This document shows, piece by piece, positions 1-9,251 of a DNA stretch of 59,221 nucleotides. The translations under genes and the position numbers were made by a program. Under the pieces are notes generated by a model, which did not search any database, was not told where the DNA came from, and saw only the letters and a list, made by a program, of their open reading frames with translations. The number at the start of each line of letters is the position of its first letter. Position 1 is the first letter of the stretch. The stretch comes from Thermoleophilia bacterium (GTDB taxonomy: Bacteria > Actinomycetota > Thermoleophilia > BMS3ABIN01): contig JACWAD010000048.1 in NCBI GenBank assembly GCA_014874175.1, forward strand, positions 1 to 59,221. Reading direction: 5' to 3'.

Positions 1-1
1 C

Positions 2-136
2 ACCATCACCAAAGAGCAGCTCGCCGAAACAATGCACCGGCTAAATCACCGTCCCAGAAAGAAGCTTGGATTTAAAACCCCATATGAAGTATTCTTCAAA
101 ACGTCAACCCTGTTAACTGTTGCACTTCAGAGTTGA
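2..136 (+). mobile_element. 3' end of an IS30-family transposase gene (partial, runs off the left edge)
   Basis: The frame from nt 2 reads TITKEQLAETMHRLNHRPRKKLGFKTPYEVFFKTSTLLTVALQS* (stop 134-136). The LNxRPRKxLGFKTPxEVF tail is the conserved C-terminus of IS30-type transposases. Only 44 codons are visible, and the IS end cannot be defined without its partner repeat. Confidence 0.65.
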
Positions 137-183
137 ATCCGCCACTTGTTTTTAGCCCATTGTCAATAAAGCGCTGTTCGCAG

Positions 184-212
184 AAATAAAAAAGCGGGCT
201 GTCAGGCCCGCT
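184..212 (-). terminator. Rho-independent terminator downstream of rpsI
   Basis: Stem AGCGGGC (193-199) pairs with GCCCGCT (206-212) around a 6-nt loop. On the minus strand the stem is followed by TTTTTTATTT (plus-strand A-run about 185-193). Confidence 0.7.
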
Positions 213-245
213 ACCGATTTCCTTCGGGGAATGTCCACCCTCTAC

Positions 246-269
246 CGTTTACCATCCACCATCTGCTTT
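246..269 (-). repeat. Post-stop-codon motif AAAGC-R-GATGGTGGATGGTA-R-ACG, copy A
   Basis: The minus strand reads TGA-A-AAAGCAGATGGTGGATGGTAAACG immediately after the rpsI stop. It matches 22 of 24 positions with the copy at 15491-15514 and contains tandem GGATGGT. Confidence 0.4.
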
Positions 270-270
270 T

Positions 271-657
271 TCACCGCTTTGAGAACTGTGGCCGCTTGCG
301 GGCGCTTTTGAGGCCGGCCTTCTTGCGTTCCTTGATGCGAGAGTCACGGGTCAGGAACCCGCCCACCCTCAGCTCCTTGCGCAGCGAGTCATCCGCCTGA
401 AGCAGGGCCCTAGCAATGCCATGCTTCAGCGCCCCGGCCTGGCCGCCGACTCCGCCGCCACTTATGTTGGCGACCACGTCAAAGCGTTTCTCGGTGCCGG
501 TTGTCACGAGTGGCATCCTCACTTCCGTGCGCAGCCGCGGGCGCGGGAAGAATTCACCAATGGGGCGGCTGTTTACAGTAATCTTGCCGTCGCCGGGCAT
601 CAGCACGACGCGGGCGATTGAAGACTTGCGTTTTCCCGTTGCCTTGTACTCAGCCAA
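271..657 (-). CDS. rpsI: 30S ribosomal protein S9
   Basis: 128 aa. It has the [10 protein letters not shown] motif near the N-terminus and ...[10 protein letters not shown] at the C-terminus, a typical S9. It overlaps the rplM stop by 8 nt. Confidence 0.97.
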   Translation of the reverse strand: MAEYKATGKRKSSIARVVLMPGDGKITVNSRPIGEFFPRPRLRTEVRMPLVTTGTEKRFDVVANISGGGVGGQAGALKHGIARALLQADDSLRKELRVGGFLTRDSRIKERKKAGLKSARKRPQFSKR

Positions 658-1081
658 GCCTTAGCTCCTCCGGTTTCTGGGCCGCGTGCGCGTGCTCCGG
701 TCCCGCGAAAATTTTCAGCTTTTTCAGCTGCGCCCGCGCCAGCCTGTTCTTGGGCATCATTCCCTTAACCGCGAGCCGGATTACCTCTTCCGGCCTCCGG
801 TTCATCATCTCGGCCAGCGTCCGCTGCTTCAGCCCGCCAGGATAGCCCGTATGACGGTAATAAATCTTGTTCTCCAGCTTGCGCCCGGTGACGGAGATCC
901 GCTCCGCGTTGACGACGACAACGAAGTCGCCGGTGTCGATGTTCGGGGTATAATCGGGCTTATTCTTGCCCCGCAGCGCATCGGCGACGCGCGTCGCCAG
1001 ACGGCCAAGGCGCTGGTCCCGGGCGTCGACGATATACCACTTCCGCTCTATCGTGGATGGTTTGGCTACGTAGGTCTTCAA
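650..1081 (-). CDS. rplM: 50S ribosomal protein L13
   Basis: [19 protein letters not shown]..., a typical L13. The ORF is open to 1105 (also a TTG), but the TTG at 1081 preceded by GAAGGGGAA gives the usual 143-aa length. The start is uncertain. Confidence 0.93.
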   Translation of the reverse strand: MKTYVAKPSTIERKWYIVDARDQRLGRLATRVADALRGKNKPDYTPNIDTGDFVVVVNAERISVTGRKLENKIYYRHTGYPGGLKQRTLAEMMNRRPEEVIRLAVKGMMPKNRLARAQLKKLKIFAGPEHAHAAQKPEELRLG

Positions 1082-1359
1082 AGTTTCCCCTTCAAACAGA
1101 CGCAAAGAGAAATACTAGAGAAAAACCATTTTAGTGTCAAATGGCCGCGTTGCCTCACGTCTGCTGCCCTTACTGATGCCCTAACTGACGCCACCGATTT
1201 AGCCGCCTGAATGTCTAAACAAAATATATCCAGACGATCCCGGAAGCCCTTGCCTAAAGACCTATCCCAGTCGGCACATTCTGCTGCGGCCGGCTGCAAA
1301 GGCCATGGCCTTTTCGCTCGACCTCGCTTCGAATAACCTGCCGGGATAGGTCCTAAGAA

Positions 1360-2253
1360 ATGGATTACACTACTTACACAGATGCTGTTAACCAACTGCG
1401 CCAGCCTGTGAACACGATAACTACAGCCCCGGTAATCAGCTGCTCCCGCCGCACGGATATACCGCGCTGCTATTCCGGCTGGCTGGAAGAAAAACTGGTC
1501 GCCGGCGGAGTAATTTTCAAGGCTCCCCGGGGCGGGGTCCGGTCAGTAAGCCTCGAGGCCGAAGCGGTGCATTCGCTGGTGCTCTGGTCCAAGGATTACG
1601 GGCCGCTACTTAAACGGCCACAGCTGCTGCGCCGTCTTCACGATCTCAACCCGTTTTTTCATTTCACCATCACTGGCCTGGGGAAATCAGCATGGGAGCC
1701 GGACTTGCCCGCCTGGCGGGAATCTGTAGCACAAATGAAAAGACTGGTCAAAGAATTTGGCGCCGCCCGGGTAAACTGGCGCTTTGACCCGGTTCTTTTC
1801 TGGCCGGCGGCTGGCGGGCGCCGCACGAACCTGACCCTGTTTGCCCGCCTGGGGGCGGCGGTGGCAGACCTGGGAGTTTCCGGCTCAACGTTCTCTTTTG
1901 CCCAGTGGTACCGCAAGAGCAGCAGGCGGGCGCAAAGGGAGGGCATTGATTACATCGATCCGGAGCCGGCAGAGAAGCTGGAGGCGGCCGCCGTCATGGC
2001 GGCCGGGGCCGCTAGGCTGCGCATCCGCCTGGCCAGCTGCTCCAATGACGTCCTGCTGGCTGTTCCGGGAATTTACAAGGGGTGCTGCATTGACGGGGCT
2101 CTGCTAAACGGCCTGCGCGGCGACGGCCTGGCGGCGTCAATGGCCAGGGACGAGTCGCAGCGACGCGACTGCGGCTGCACCCGCAGCATCGACATCGGCA
2201 GCTACACCCAGCGCTGCTCGGGACCAGCCTGCGTCTACTGTTACGCCAGCTAA
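1360..2253 (+). CDS. DUF1848 domain-containing protein
   Basis: 297 aa. The N-terminal ISCSRRTDIPRCYSGWL and the C-terminal Cys cluster (CGCTRSIDIGSYTQRCSGPACVYCYA) match my memory of the DUF1848 family. No tool check was done. Confidence 0.7.
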   Translation: MDYTTYTDAVNQLRQPVNTITTAPVISCSRRTDIPRCYSGWLEEKLVAGGVIFKAPRGGVRSVSLEAEAVHSLVLWSKDYGPLLKRPQLLRRLHDLNPFFHFTITGLGKSAWEPDLPAWRESVAQMKRLVKEFGAARVNWRFDPVLFWPAAGGRRTNLTLFARLGAAVADLGVSGSTFSFAQWYRKSSRRAQREGIDYIDPEPAEKLEAAAVMAAGAARLRIRLASCSNDVLLAVPGIYKGCCIDGALLNGLRGDGLAASMARDESQRRDCGCTRSIDIGSYTQRCSGPACVYCYAS

Positions 2254-2373
2254 GCGATTAAACTGGGCGGGTGACCAGGCTTTCAGGACATCCAGTTCAT
2301 TAAGGCCAATTACCCTCAGGCTGGCGCGCGGACCTAAGAACTGGGAGCTGGGAACCGGGTTGACGGCGTTGTT

Positions 2374-2550
2374 TTATTTCTTGCCGGTCAGCAGCCCGTA
2401 GGTTGCTATCCCTAAAAGCACGGTGACAAAGCCAAAGATGTAGAGGGCTGTGACACGCTGGTCGCTGGTAAGCCACCAGGCGCTGGTGAAGATTATGACG
2501 CCAAAAATAATCTGAATTGCGGCCACGATCGTGGCGCGGTCGGTTTTCAT
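2374..2550 (-). CDS. Small hydrophobic protein (58 aa), below the ORF-track size cut-off
   Basis: My own translation: MKTDRATIVAAIQIIFGVIIFTSAWWLTSDQRVTALYIFGFVTVLLGIATYGLLTGKK*. There are two predicted TM helices and a GGAGG 7 nt upstream of the ATG. I recognise no homology. Confidence 0.45.
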   Translation of the reverse strand: MKTDRATIVAAIQIIFGVIIFTSAWWLTSDQRVTALYIFGFVTVLLGIATYGLLTGKK

Positions 2551-2683
2551 TTTTCAACCTCCGGTTGTTTTGAGGAGTATTTCTCAGCACCCGGTCAATC
2601 TCCTGCCCGCGATGAACCCATATAAAACTGATAAACTTGGCCGGACGGGTGTTTTTTGCTGGTTCCGGAATCGGTGAATTTAT

Positions 2684-3238
2684 ATGGCAAATATTGAACC
2701 CAGGCGGGAGCGGCTGCGGGCTCTCCTGCTCGAGAAGGCCTATCTTACCGGAGATTTTATCCTCAGTTCCGGCAAACATAGCAACCATTACTTTGACTGC
2801 CGCCGCGTCACGCTGGACCCGGAAGGCCTGGCGCTGGCCTCGGAGCTCCTGATCGAAAAAATGAGGCGGGACGGGCTGGCCGCTATCGGCGGCCTGGCGA
2901 TCGGCGCCGACCCCCTCGTCGCCGGGGTGGTAGCGACAAGCTGGCGGCTCGATTACCCCATCCAAGGCTTCATTGTCAGAAAAGAGCAGAAGCGGCACGG
3001 GACCGGAAGGAAAATCGAGGGGCCGCCCGCCGCCGGCACCCGGGTCGCCATTATTGACGACGTCGTGACAAGCGGCGGCTCCATCATCCAGGCAGCCGAG
3101 AGCTGCCTCGCCGAGGGCCTCAAGCCTGAGGCCGCCTACGCGCTGGTCGACCGTGAAGAAGGCGGCGCCGGGGAAATCAGTCGCGCCTGCGGCCTTGGAC
3201 TCAAACCTCTGTTTAAATACAGCCAGCTGTTTGCCTAG
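2684..3238 (+). CDS. pyrE: Orotate phosphoribosyltransferase
   Basis: 184 aa. It has the PRPP-binding loop VAIIDDVVTSGGS and a type I PRTase N-terminus (LTGDFILSSGKHSNHYFD). Confidence 0.92.
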   Translation: MANIEPRRERLRALLLEKAYLTGDFILSSGKHSNHYFDCRRVTLDPEGLALASELLIEKMRRDGLAAIGGLAIGADPLVAGVVATSWRLDYPIQGFIVRKEQKRHGTGRKIEGPPAAGTRVAIIDDVVTSGGSIIQAAESCLAEGLKPEAAYALVDREEGGAGEISRACGLGLKPLFKYSQLFA

Positions 3239-3291
3239 TCTCATCCCCGCCGGGATGTTTAACCACCCCTGGCGGCAGGCAATTTAATGCC

Positions 3292-5016
3292 ATGGACTAT
3301 TCGATCATGATAGGCGGGCAGGCTGGCCAGGGGATCCAGACAATCAGCAGCGCCCTGGCGAAAACGCTGGTCCGCGCCGGACTGTACGTTTTCACCCACC
3401 AGGATTACATGTCCCGCATTCGTGGCGGCCACAACTTCAACCAGATCCGCTTTTCCGGCAACCCTGTCAGCTCTTCCAGAAGCAAGGTTGACATACTGGT
3501 AGCGCTTGACCGCAACACGGTGGAGATCCACCGCGGCGGCCTGGCCGCGAACGGGCTGATTGTCTACGACTCCGGCGCCATAGGGCAAAAATATGACGGG
3601 GCGGAGTTCCTGGACGTGCCCTCGCGCCGGATCGCAACCGACGTTGCCGGTGGCCGGCTGATGGAAAATACCGTCGCCGCAGGCGCGGTGACCGGCTTGC
3701 TGGGAATGGACGTCGCTCACCTGGCAAACCTGCTGTCGGAGATGTTCCAGCCGAAGGGCCAGGAGGTAGTTGACAAGAACGTTGCCGCCGCCCGCGCCGG
3801 CCACAAGTTTGCCTCGGAAAGCTGCCCCGGATGCGCCTTCAACGCGCCTGTGGATGAGAGCGCGCCCAGAAGGATGCTGATTGAAGGCGCATCGGCGGTA
3901 GGGCTGGGCGCCCTTTTAAGCGGCTGCCGTTTTTACGCCGCCTATCCCATGACCCCCTCCACTCCGGTGCTTAACTACATGGCCGCCAAAAGCAGAAAGT
4001 ACAACCTCGTAGTGGAGCAGGCCGAGGACGAGATTGCCGCCATCAACATGGCCATCGGCGCCTCTTTCGCCGGCGTGCGCGCCATGACGGGAACCGCCGG
4101 CGGCGGTTTTGCCCTGATGGTGGAAGGCCTGTCGCTGGCGGGCATGACCGAGACTCCCGTCGTCATCCTGGTGGGCCAGCGGCCGGCGCCCGCCACCGGG
4201 CTTCCCACCAGGACCGAGCAGGGCGACCTGCAGTTCGTGCTGAATGCCGCCCACGGCGAGTTCCCGCGCCTGATCATGGCTCCCGGCAGCCCGGAGCAGG
4301 CCTTTTACCTGACCAACAAGGCGTTCGACCTGGCGGAAAAATACCAGGTGCCGGCCCTGATCCTTTCCGACACTTACCTGACCGACGCCGAGTGGACCGT
4401 GACCGGCCTGGATACGTCCCGCCTCAAGTATGAAGATTACCGGCTGCGCGCAGGAGATCTTGAAAGGCTGACCGGGTATAAGCGGCACGCGTTCACAGAG
4501 ACCGGCGTTTCCCCCCTGGCCGAGCCGGGTGCTTCGCGGCATCTGGTGGTTACCGACAGCGACGAGCATGACGAAGAAGGTCATATCATTGAAGACGCAG
4601 CCACCAGGACCAGGATGGTGGAAAAACGGCTGCTAAAGAAGCTGCCGCAGCTAAGGGAGGAGATGGAGCCGCCTCTTGTTTACGGCTCCCGGGAGCCGGA
4701 GACAGTGCTGGCCGGCTGGGGCTCAACCTACGGCGTCATCAGGGAAGCCGTCGATGCGCTGTCGCAAAAGCACAACCTTGCCATGATGCACTGGAGCGAG
4801 GTCTGGCCTTTCCCGGCAGCGGAGAAATCGGGCTACCTGCCGGTGCTTAAGGCCGCCCGCCGCACCGTCTGCATCGAGAACAACGCCACTTCCCAGTTTG
4901 CCAGGCTGCTTAGGGGCCAGACCGGCTATCAGTTCACGGATACGGTCAACAAGTTTGACGGCCGCCCGTTTCTGCTTGATGAGTTGACTGACAGAATCGA
5001 AGGCCTGATTGGCTGA
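3292..5016 (+). CDS. 2-oxoacid:ferredoxin (acceptor) oxidoreductase, fused gamma-alpha subunit
   Basis: 574 aa. A gamma-type N-terminus (IGGQAGQGIQT...RIRGGHNFNQIRF) is followed by an alpha-subunit core (YPMTPST...VEQAEDEIAAINMAIGA). Confidence 0.9.
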   Translation: MDYSIMIGGQAGQGIQTISSALAKTLVRAGLYVFTHQDYMSRIRGGHNFNQIRFSGNPVSSSRSKVDILVALDRNTVEIHRGGLAANGLIVYDSGAIGQKYDGAEFLDVPSRRIATDVAGGRLMENTVAAGAVTGLLGMDVAHLANLLSEMFQPKGQEVVDKNVAAARAGHKFASESCPGCAFNAPVDESAPRRMLIEGASAVGLGALLSGCRFYAAYPMTPSTPVLNYMAAKSRKYNLVVEQAEDEIAAINMAIGASFAGVRAMTGTAGGGFALMVEGLSLAGMTETPVVILVGQRPAPATGLPTRTEQGDLQFVLNAAHGEFPRLIMAPGSPEQAFYLTNKAFDLAEKYQVPALILSDTYLTDAEWTVTGLDTSRLKYEDYRLRAGDLERLTGYKRHAFTETGVSPLAEPGASRHLVVTDSDEHDEEGHIIEDAATRTRMVEKRLLKKLPQLREEMEPPLVYGSREPETVLAGWGSTYGVIREAVDALSQKHNLAMMHWSEVWPFPAAEKSGYLPVLKAARRTVCIENNATSQFARLLRGQTGYQFTDTVNKFDGRPFLLDELTDRIEGLIG

Positions 5017-5860
5017 TCCGGAACAGTTCAGCGGCCAGACGCCGTCCTGGTGCCCCGGCTGCGGCAACCTCAACATTCTCAAGGCGTTCAAGGCCGCCAT
5101 GTCGGAACTGGGATTAAGCCCGCACCAGCTAACCCTGGTTTCCGGCATCGGCCAGGCCAGCAAGCTGCCGCATTACACCGCCGGCAACACCTTTAACGGC
5201 CTGCACGGCCGGCCGCTGCCGGTGGCCACTGCCATCCGGCTGGCAAACCACAACATGATTGCAGTGGCGGTAGCGGGGGACGGCGACTGTTACGGCGAGG
5301 GCGGCAACCACTTCCTCCACGCCATGCGCCGGAATGTAAATGTCAAACTGTTTGTTCACGACAACCAGATCTACGGCCTTACCAAAGGCCAGGCTTCCCC
5401 CACCTCGCAGGCCGGGATGGTCACAAAGGTCCAGCCATTCGGCGTGCTCCTGGAGCCGCTCAATCCGGTGGCGCTGGCTGTAGCCATGGACGCCAGCTTT
5501 GCCGCCCGCGCCTACGCCGGGGATACGAGCTTTCTCACGGAGATGATGACGGCAGCCATGGAGCACCGCGGTTTTGCCCTTATTGATATTTTGCAGCCAT
5601 GTGTCACATTCAACAAGCTCAACACATACCGCTGGTACCACGACCGCGTCTACAGAATCGGCGCCGGCCACGACCCCGGCGACCGCGAGGCCGCCTTCCG
5701 GCTGGCGCTTGAGCAGGAAAAAATCCCGACCGGCGTCATTTACAAACATGAGCGGCCGCTGCTGGAAGACCAGATCCCTGTGCTGGCCGGCAGGGAGCCT
5801 CTGGTGCGCCAGCCCTTCTCAATCAAGGCGGTTGAGAAGGAAATAGACGAGTTTTACTGA
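5009..5860 (+). CDS. 2-oxoacid:ferredoxin (acceptor) oxidoreductase, beta (TPP-binding) subunit
   Basis: 283 aa. It carries WCPGCGN and GDGDCYGEGGNH motifs. The TTG start overlaps the alpha-subunit stop by 8 nt. Confidence 0.9.
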   Translation: MADPEQFSGQTPSWCPGCGNLNILKAFKAAMSELGLSPHQLTLVSGIGQASKLPHYTAGNTFNGLHGRPLPVATAIRLANHNMIAVAVAGDGDCYGEGGNHFLHAMRRNVNVKLFVHDNQIYGLTKGQASPTSQAGMVTKVQPFGVLLEPLNPVALAVAMDASFAARAYAGDTSFLTEMMTAAMEHRGFALIDILQPCVTFNKLNTYRWYHDRVYRIGAGHDPGDREAAFRLALEQEKIPTGVIYKHERPLLEDQIPVLAGREPLVRQPFSIKAVEKEIDEFY

Positions 5861-6429
5861 GCGTCCGGGGAAGAAACAGAACCGCCTGGTGTCAGCTCTG
5901 CCAGGCAGCCCGGGCAAAAGCCGGGCCCTTTGCGGTCGGTGTCCCGGACAGAGTTGGAGAAATGCATGATGCAGCCCGGATCGCCGCAATGGGCGAGGCC
6001 AAAAACATGGCCCAGCTCATGAACCGCTTCCTTAAGGGCCCGCTCATGCAGCAGGCCGCTGCCGCCAGGGGCGCCTGCCTGGGCGCTGTCAAGCCTGGCC
6101 AGTGATATTACGGCTACCCTCCCGCGCGGATCTGCTTCGCCGAAGACAAAGTTGAGCCCGGGCGTGAACAGGTCAACACCGGTGACGCCAAGAAGCACCG
6201 GGCGCGGTCCGGAAGACGCGCTTGCAATCCTCGCCAGCACGGTTAGCACCTTCCCGGAGCTGTGCTGGCGCCTGCGTCTGGACCAGGCGGCTCCGGGAAT
6301 GGGAAGCTGCTCTCCCACGCCAGCTTCCATGCCGAAAACCCGCGCCAGCGAAGCGGCCAGGCCGGCGAGCAGGCTCTGGCCGGCCTCACCCAGGGGGATG
6401 ATTAACAAACGGCTGTTTTTTATCATCAT
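5854..6429 (-). CDS. Archaemetzincin-family zinc metalloprotease
   Basis: HELGHVFGLAHCGDPGCIMHFSNSV...GPGFCPGCL fits the HExxHxxGxxxC...C.M...CxxC archaemetzincin signature. The ORF is open to 6492, but MMIKNSRLLIIPLG (6429) fits the family N-terminus. A TATAAT lies in an AT-rich patch just upstream. Confidence 0.8.
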   Translation of the reverse strand: MMIKNSRLLIIPLGEAGQSLLAGLAASLARVFGMEAGVGEQLPIPGAAWSRRRRQHSSGKVLTVLARIASASSGPRPVLLGVTGVDLFTPGLNFVFGEADPRGRVAVISLARLDSAQAGAPGGSGLLHERALKEAVHELGHVFGLAHCGDPGCIMHFSNSVRDTDRKGPGFCPGCLAELTPGGSVSSPDAQ

Positions 6430-6601
6430 ATGGTTCCAAAATATTATATTTACGATACTTTTTTCAAAAAAAGTGGACGGGTATGGTGCCACATTCTTGT
6501 GAGCGGCGCGTGGGAAACCAGCGTCAAATTACCGGTAAGAAACAGGCCCGAAAAGGCAGATCCAGGCGGTTGGGAACGGCCGCCCAGAAGAAACAGGAAT
6601 G

Positions 6602-7336
6602 TTAGAAGTAGCCGAGGTCGCGTAGTTGGGCCATGATCTGCTCTTTTTCCTGGGCGCGGCCCTCGCGCTCGGGGCCATCGCCGCGCGGGCGGACGCTTTT
6701 GACTGTGCAGGGCTCGCAGCCAAGGCTGCGGTATCCTTGATCATATAGTGAGCAGTAAGGGAGTTTGTATTTGCCAATATAGTCCCAGATGTCCAGCTCG
6801 CTGAAGTGGAGGATCGGCTGCACGCGCGTATGCCCGGGGCGCTCGGAGAAGTATTTCTCTCCGGCCCGGGCGGGCTGCTCATCCCAGCGGACGCCGGTAA
6901 CGAGTGCTTGCCAGCCGTTCGCCTCGACCGCGGCATCGATGGCCTGGGCCTTCATAACCAGGCAGCACTGCTCGTGGTCAACGGCAATCCTGATTTTTTT
7001 GAGGCCATCATAATTTGTGGCAATGATAAGGTCCAGCTCCCACTCGCGCGCCAGCCGGTCGCGGAACTCGAGCACTTCCCTAAACTTGACGGTGGTGTCA
7101 AGGTTAAGCACCGGCACTGGCACCCTGCCGCCGCCGATCCGCTTCAGCATGTGCAGCACAGTCAGGGAATCCTTGCCGCCGGTGAACGTTGTCGCAATCT
7201 TGTCCTCGAAGCACTTCAGGGCATCGGTTAAAATCCCGATGCTCCTGGCTTCCTTTTCCTCCAGAGTCTGGAGTTTTGCCTGATCCTGGCTCAAACTATT
7301 CATCCTTTCCGGTTTGATGCGACTGCCGCCAGACAC
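6602..7336 (-). CDS. PAPS reductase / PP-loop ATP pyrophosphatase family protein
   Basis: 244 aa. It has the PP-loop TFTGGKDS, GYRSLGCEPCT, and an ...EREGRAQEKEQIMAQLRDLGYF tail. The start is either GTG 7336 or ATG 7303, unresolved. Confidence 0.8.
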   Translation of the reverse strand: MSGGSRIKPERMNSLSQDQAKLQTLEEKEARSIGILTDALKCFEDKIATTFTGGKDSLTVLHMLKRIGGGRVPVPVLNLDTTVKFREVLEFRDRLAREWELDLIIATNYDGLKKIRIAVDHEQCCLVMKAQAIDAAVEANGWQALVTGVRWDEQPARAGEKYFSERPGHTRVQPILHFSELDIWDYIGKYKLPYCSLYDQGYRSLGCEPCTVKSVRPRGDGPEREGRAQEKEQIMAQLRDLGYF

Positions 7337-7442
7337 GCTGTGAAGGTGTCTTCCACTTTATTGTAACCAATTAGAGCCAGCATTCCTGCCAATTTGATTA
7401 AATTTCGTTCCGGCCGCCAATTCCTGAGCGCAAATATTGCCT

Positions 7443-9251
7443 TTATTCGACCTGCAAGGTCCTGATCCGGTTCAGCGCGGCGGCGATTTCAAATCTGCGC
7501 GGCAAAGCGAAGTCCCCAGGATGTTCCTCACCTGCTGCCGGCAGCAACGGGACGGCCTGGGCGGAGGCGGCTTTCCGGCCGCCCGCATCGGCCCCGTCCG
7601 GCCCGGAGGCCGGTTGCCGGGAAAAGACGGTCGAAACCACTCCCAAGCCGGACCGCTCAACGTCGGCCAGGATCCGGTCAATAATCTCCGCAAGTGACGA
7701 CTGGCCGTCGAAATAACCCTGCCGCAGTCCATGCCAGATCATGTGAACAATAGCACGTGTCTGACTGACATCAACAAGCTGCTCCAGGGCGGCCATTTCG
7801 ATGATTTCCTTGCCGAAGACGGCATTTTTAAGGCCCTTCGCGCCAATTTTCAACTTGCCGGCCCGGTGCGGATCGATGCCGCGGGCCAGCGGCGTCCGCC
7901 GCCCGATCGCTCCGAACCCGGCCGGAGCTTCAGCGTTGCGGACGTCCTGGCGGGCTGCGATGATTTGGCGGGCGCGGCCCGTCACTACGCGGGGCTGGTA
8001 GTTCTCCATCGCTATGACCGTGTCGGCAACGTCAAAATAATCGCCTGATCCGCCCATCACGAGCACCGTCGAAACCCGATGCTCGGACTTCAGGTTGCGA
8101 ACCTGATCGATAAAAGGCGTAATCGGCTCCTTCCTTTTCACGACCAATTGCTGCATGAGGCTGTCGCGGATCATGAAATTTGTGGCGGAGGTGTCTTCGT
8201 CCATCAGCAGCAGGGCCGAGCCTGCCTCGAGCGCCTCCACAATATTGGCCGCCTGCGAAGTGCTGCCGCTGGCGTTTTCCGTAGAAAAGGAAGAAGTGTT
8301 AACGCCAAACGGAAGATTGGAGATAAAGGCGCTGATGTCATCCTTCTCAATCCGGCGGCCGTCCTCGGCCCTTATCTTGACCGCATCGCTACGCGTTGCC
8401 GCCAGCTCGCGGCCATCGCCCGGCACGTGGCTGTAAACGCAGCGCTCCAGCGCCCTGAGCAGCGTCGATTTGCCATGGTAACCGCCGCCAACGATGAGGG
8501 TGACGCCCTCCGGGACTCCCATTCCGGCCAGGCGGCCGCGGTTGGGGAGCTCGATACTGGTGCGCAGCCCGGCAGGGCTTTGAAACTCGATCACCGGCCC
8601 CCGTCTGAGCGGCTTGTCGCTGACGCCGCTTTCGCGGGGCAGGATTGAGCCGTCGGCCACGAAAGCAACCAGGCCCATGTCCGGCAGCCGGCGGCGCAGC
8701 CAATCCTGGTCTTCGGCCGCTTCGATGTGGGCCGCGACAGCCAGCTGGTCCAGAGCCCCATAAAAAAGGGTTGCGTCAACAAGGCGGGGGACCTCCTCAA
8801 GCAGCATGGCGGCGGCCTCCCGCCCCAGGCAACGCCTGCCGGCAGCGGGAAAGCCGGCGGCGAGCCTGACTTCGGCAAACTGCTCGTTTACCACCGCGGC
8901 TGTGCGCTCGATAATTTCCTGGCCTCCCCGGTCCACGCCGATGTATCCTGATTTGCCCGTCCCCCGGTGGCCTTTGACAATTCGCGCAATTGATATGGCA
9001 AAGGTGCGGGCAAGCCAATCCTGAAGGGCCACCTGGCGGACTTTGGTCTCGAACAAGAGCGGGGCGAACCGGGCCGAAGCCTGGGCTACACGCACCCGCA
9101 TGCGGGATGGCGCAGCAAAGGGATCGGACTGGACGCGATCAATAAAAAGCGTGAACCGGGGAAATTCAAACCGCCCTTTCAGCTCCCGGTAGGCCTTGTA
9201 GCCCCTGCCATCAATCAGGGCAAGTTTGCTCTTCAAGCTGTCTGCATCCAT
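7443..9251 (-). CDS. ABC-class ATPase domain protein (PF09818-like, MRB1590-type), function unknown
   Basis: LIDGRGYKAYRELKGRFEFPRFTLFIDRVQSDPFAAPSRMRVRV plus the Walker A GGGYHGKST are as I remember for the 'predicted ATPase of the ABC class' family. The ATG at 9251 has a GGAGG 6 nt upstream. The ORF is open to a GTG at 9284. Confidence 0.78.
   Translation of the reverse strand: MDADSLKSKLALIDGRGYKAYRELKGRFEFPRFTLFIDRVQSDPFAAPSRMRVRVAQASARFAPLLFETKVRQVALQDWLARTFAISIARIVKGHRGTGKSGYIGVDRGGQEIIERTAAVVNEQFAEVRLAAGFPAAGRRCLGREAAAMLLEEVPRLVDATLFYGALDQLAVAAHIEAAEDQDWLRRRLPDMGLVAFVADGSILPRESGVSDKPLRRGPVIEFQSPAGLRTSIELPNRGRLAGMGVPEGVTLIVGGGYHGKSTLLRALERCVYSHVPGDGRELAATRSDAVKIRAEDGRRIEKDDISAFISNLPFGVNTSSFSTENASGSTSQAANIVEALEAGSALLLMDEDTSATNFMIRDSLMQQLVVKRKEPITPFIDQVRNLKSEHRVSTVLVMGGSGDYFDVADTVIAMENYQPRVVTGRARQIIAARQDVRNAEAPAGFGAIGRRTPLARGIDPHRAGKLKIGAKGLKNAVFGKEIIEMAALEQLVDVSQTRAIVHMIWHGLRQGYFDGQSSLAEIIDRILADVERSGLGVVSTVFSRQPASGPDGADAGGRKAASAQAVPLLPAAGEEHPGDFALPRRFEIAAALNRIRTLQVE

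Noticed and set aside
1298-1313. 16-nt perfect palindrome AAAGGCCATGGCCTTT in the rplM/DUF1848 divergent region, and the 6-4-6 inverted repeat TCAAAC-TTTA-GTTTGA at 9485-9500
   Set aside because: They are short, single-copy and cannot form a hairpin with a viable loop. I have no way to link them to a regulator from sequence alone.
2300-3244. 314-aa minus-strand ORF covering the pyrE region
   Set aside because: It is antisense to a clearly homologous pyrE. Its product is Arg/Pro/Gly-rich and low in complexity, typical of shadow ORFs in high-GC DNA.
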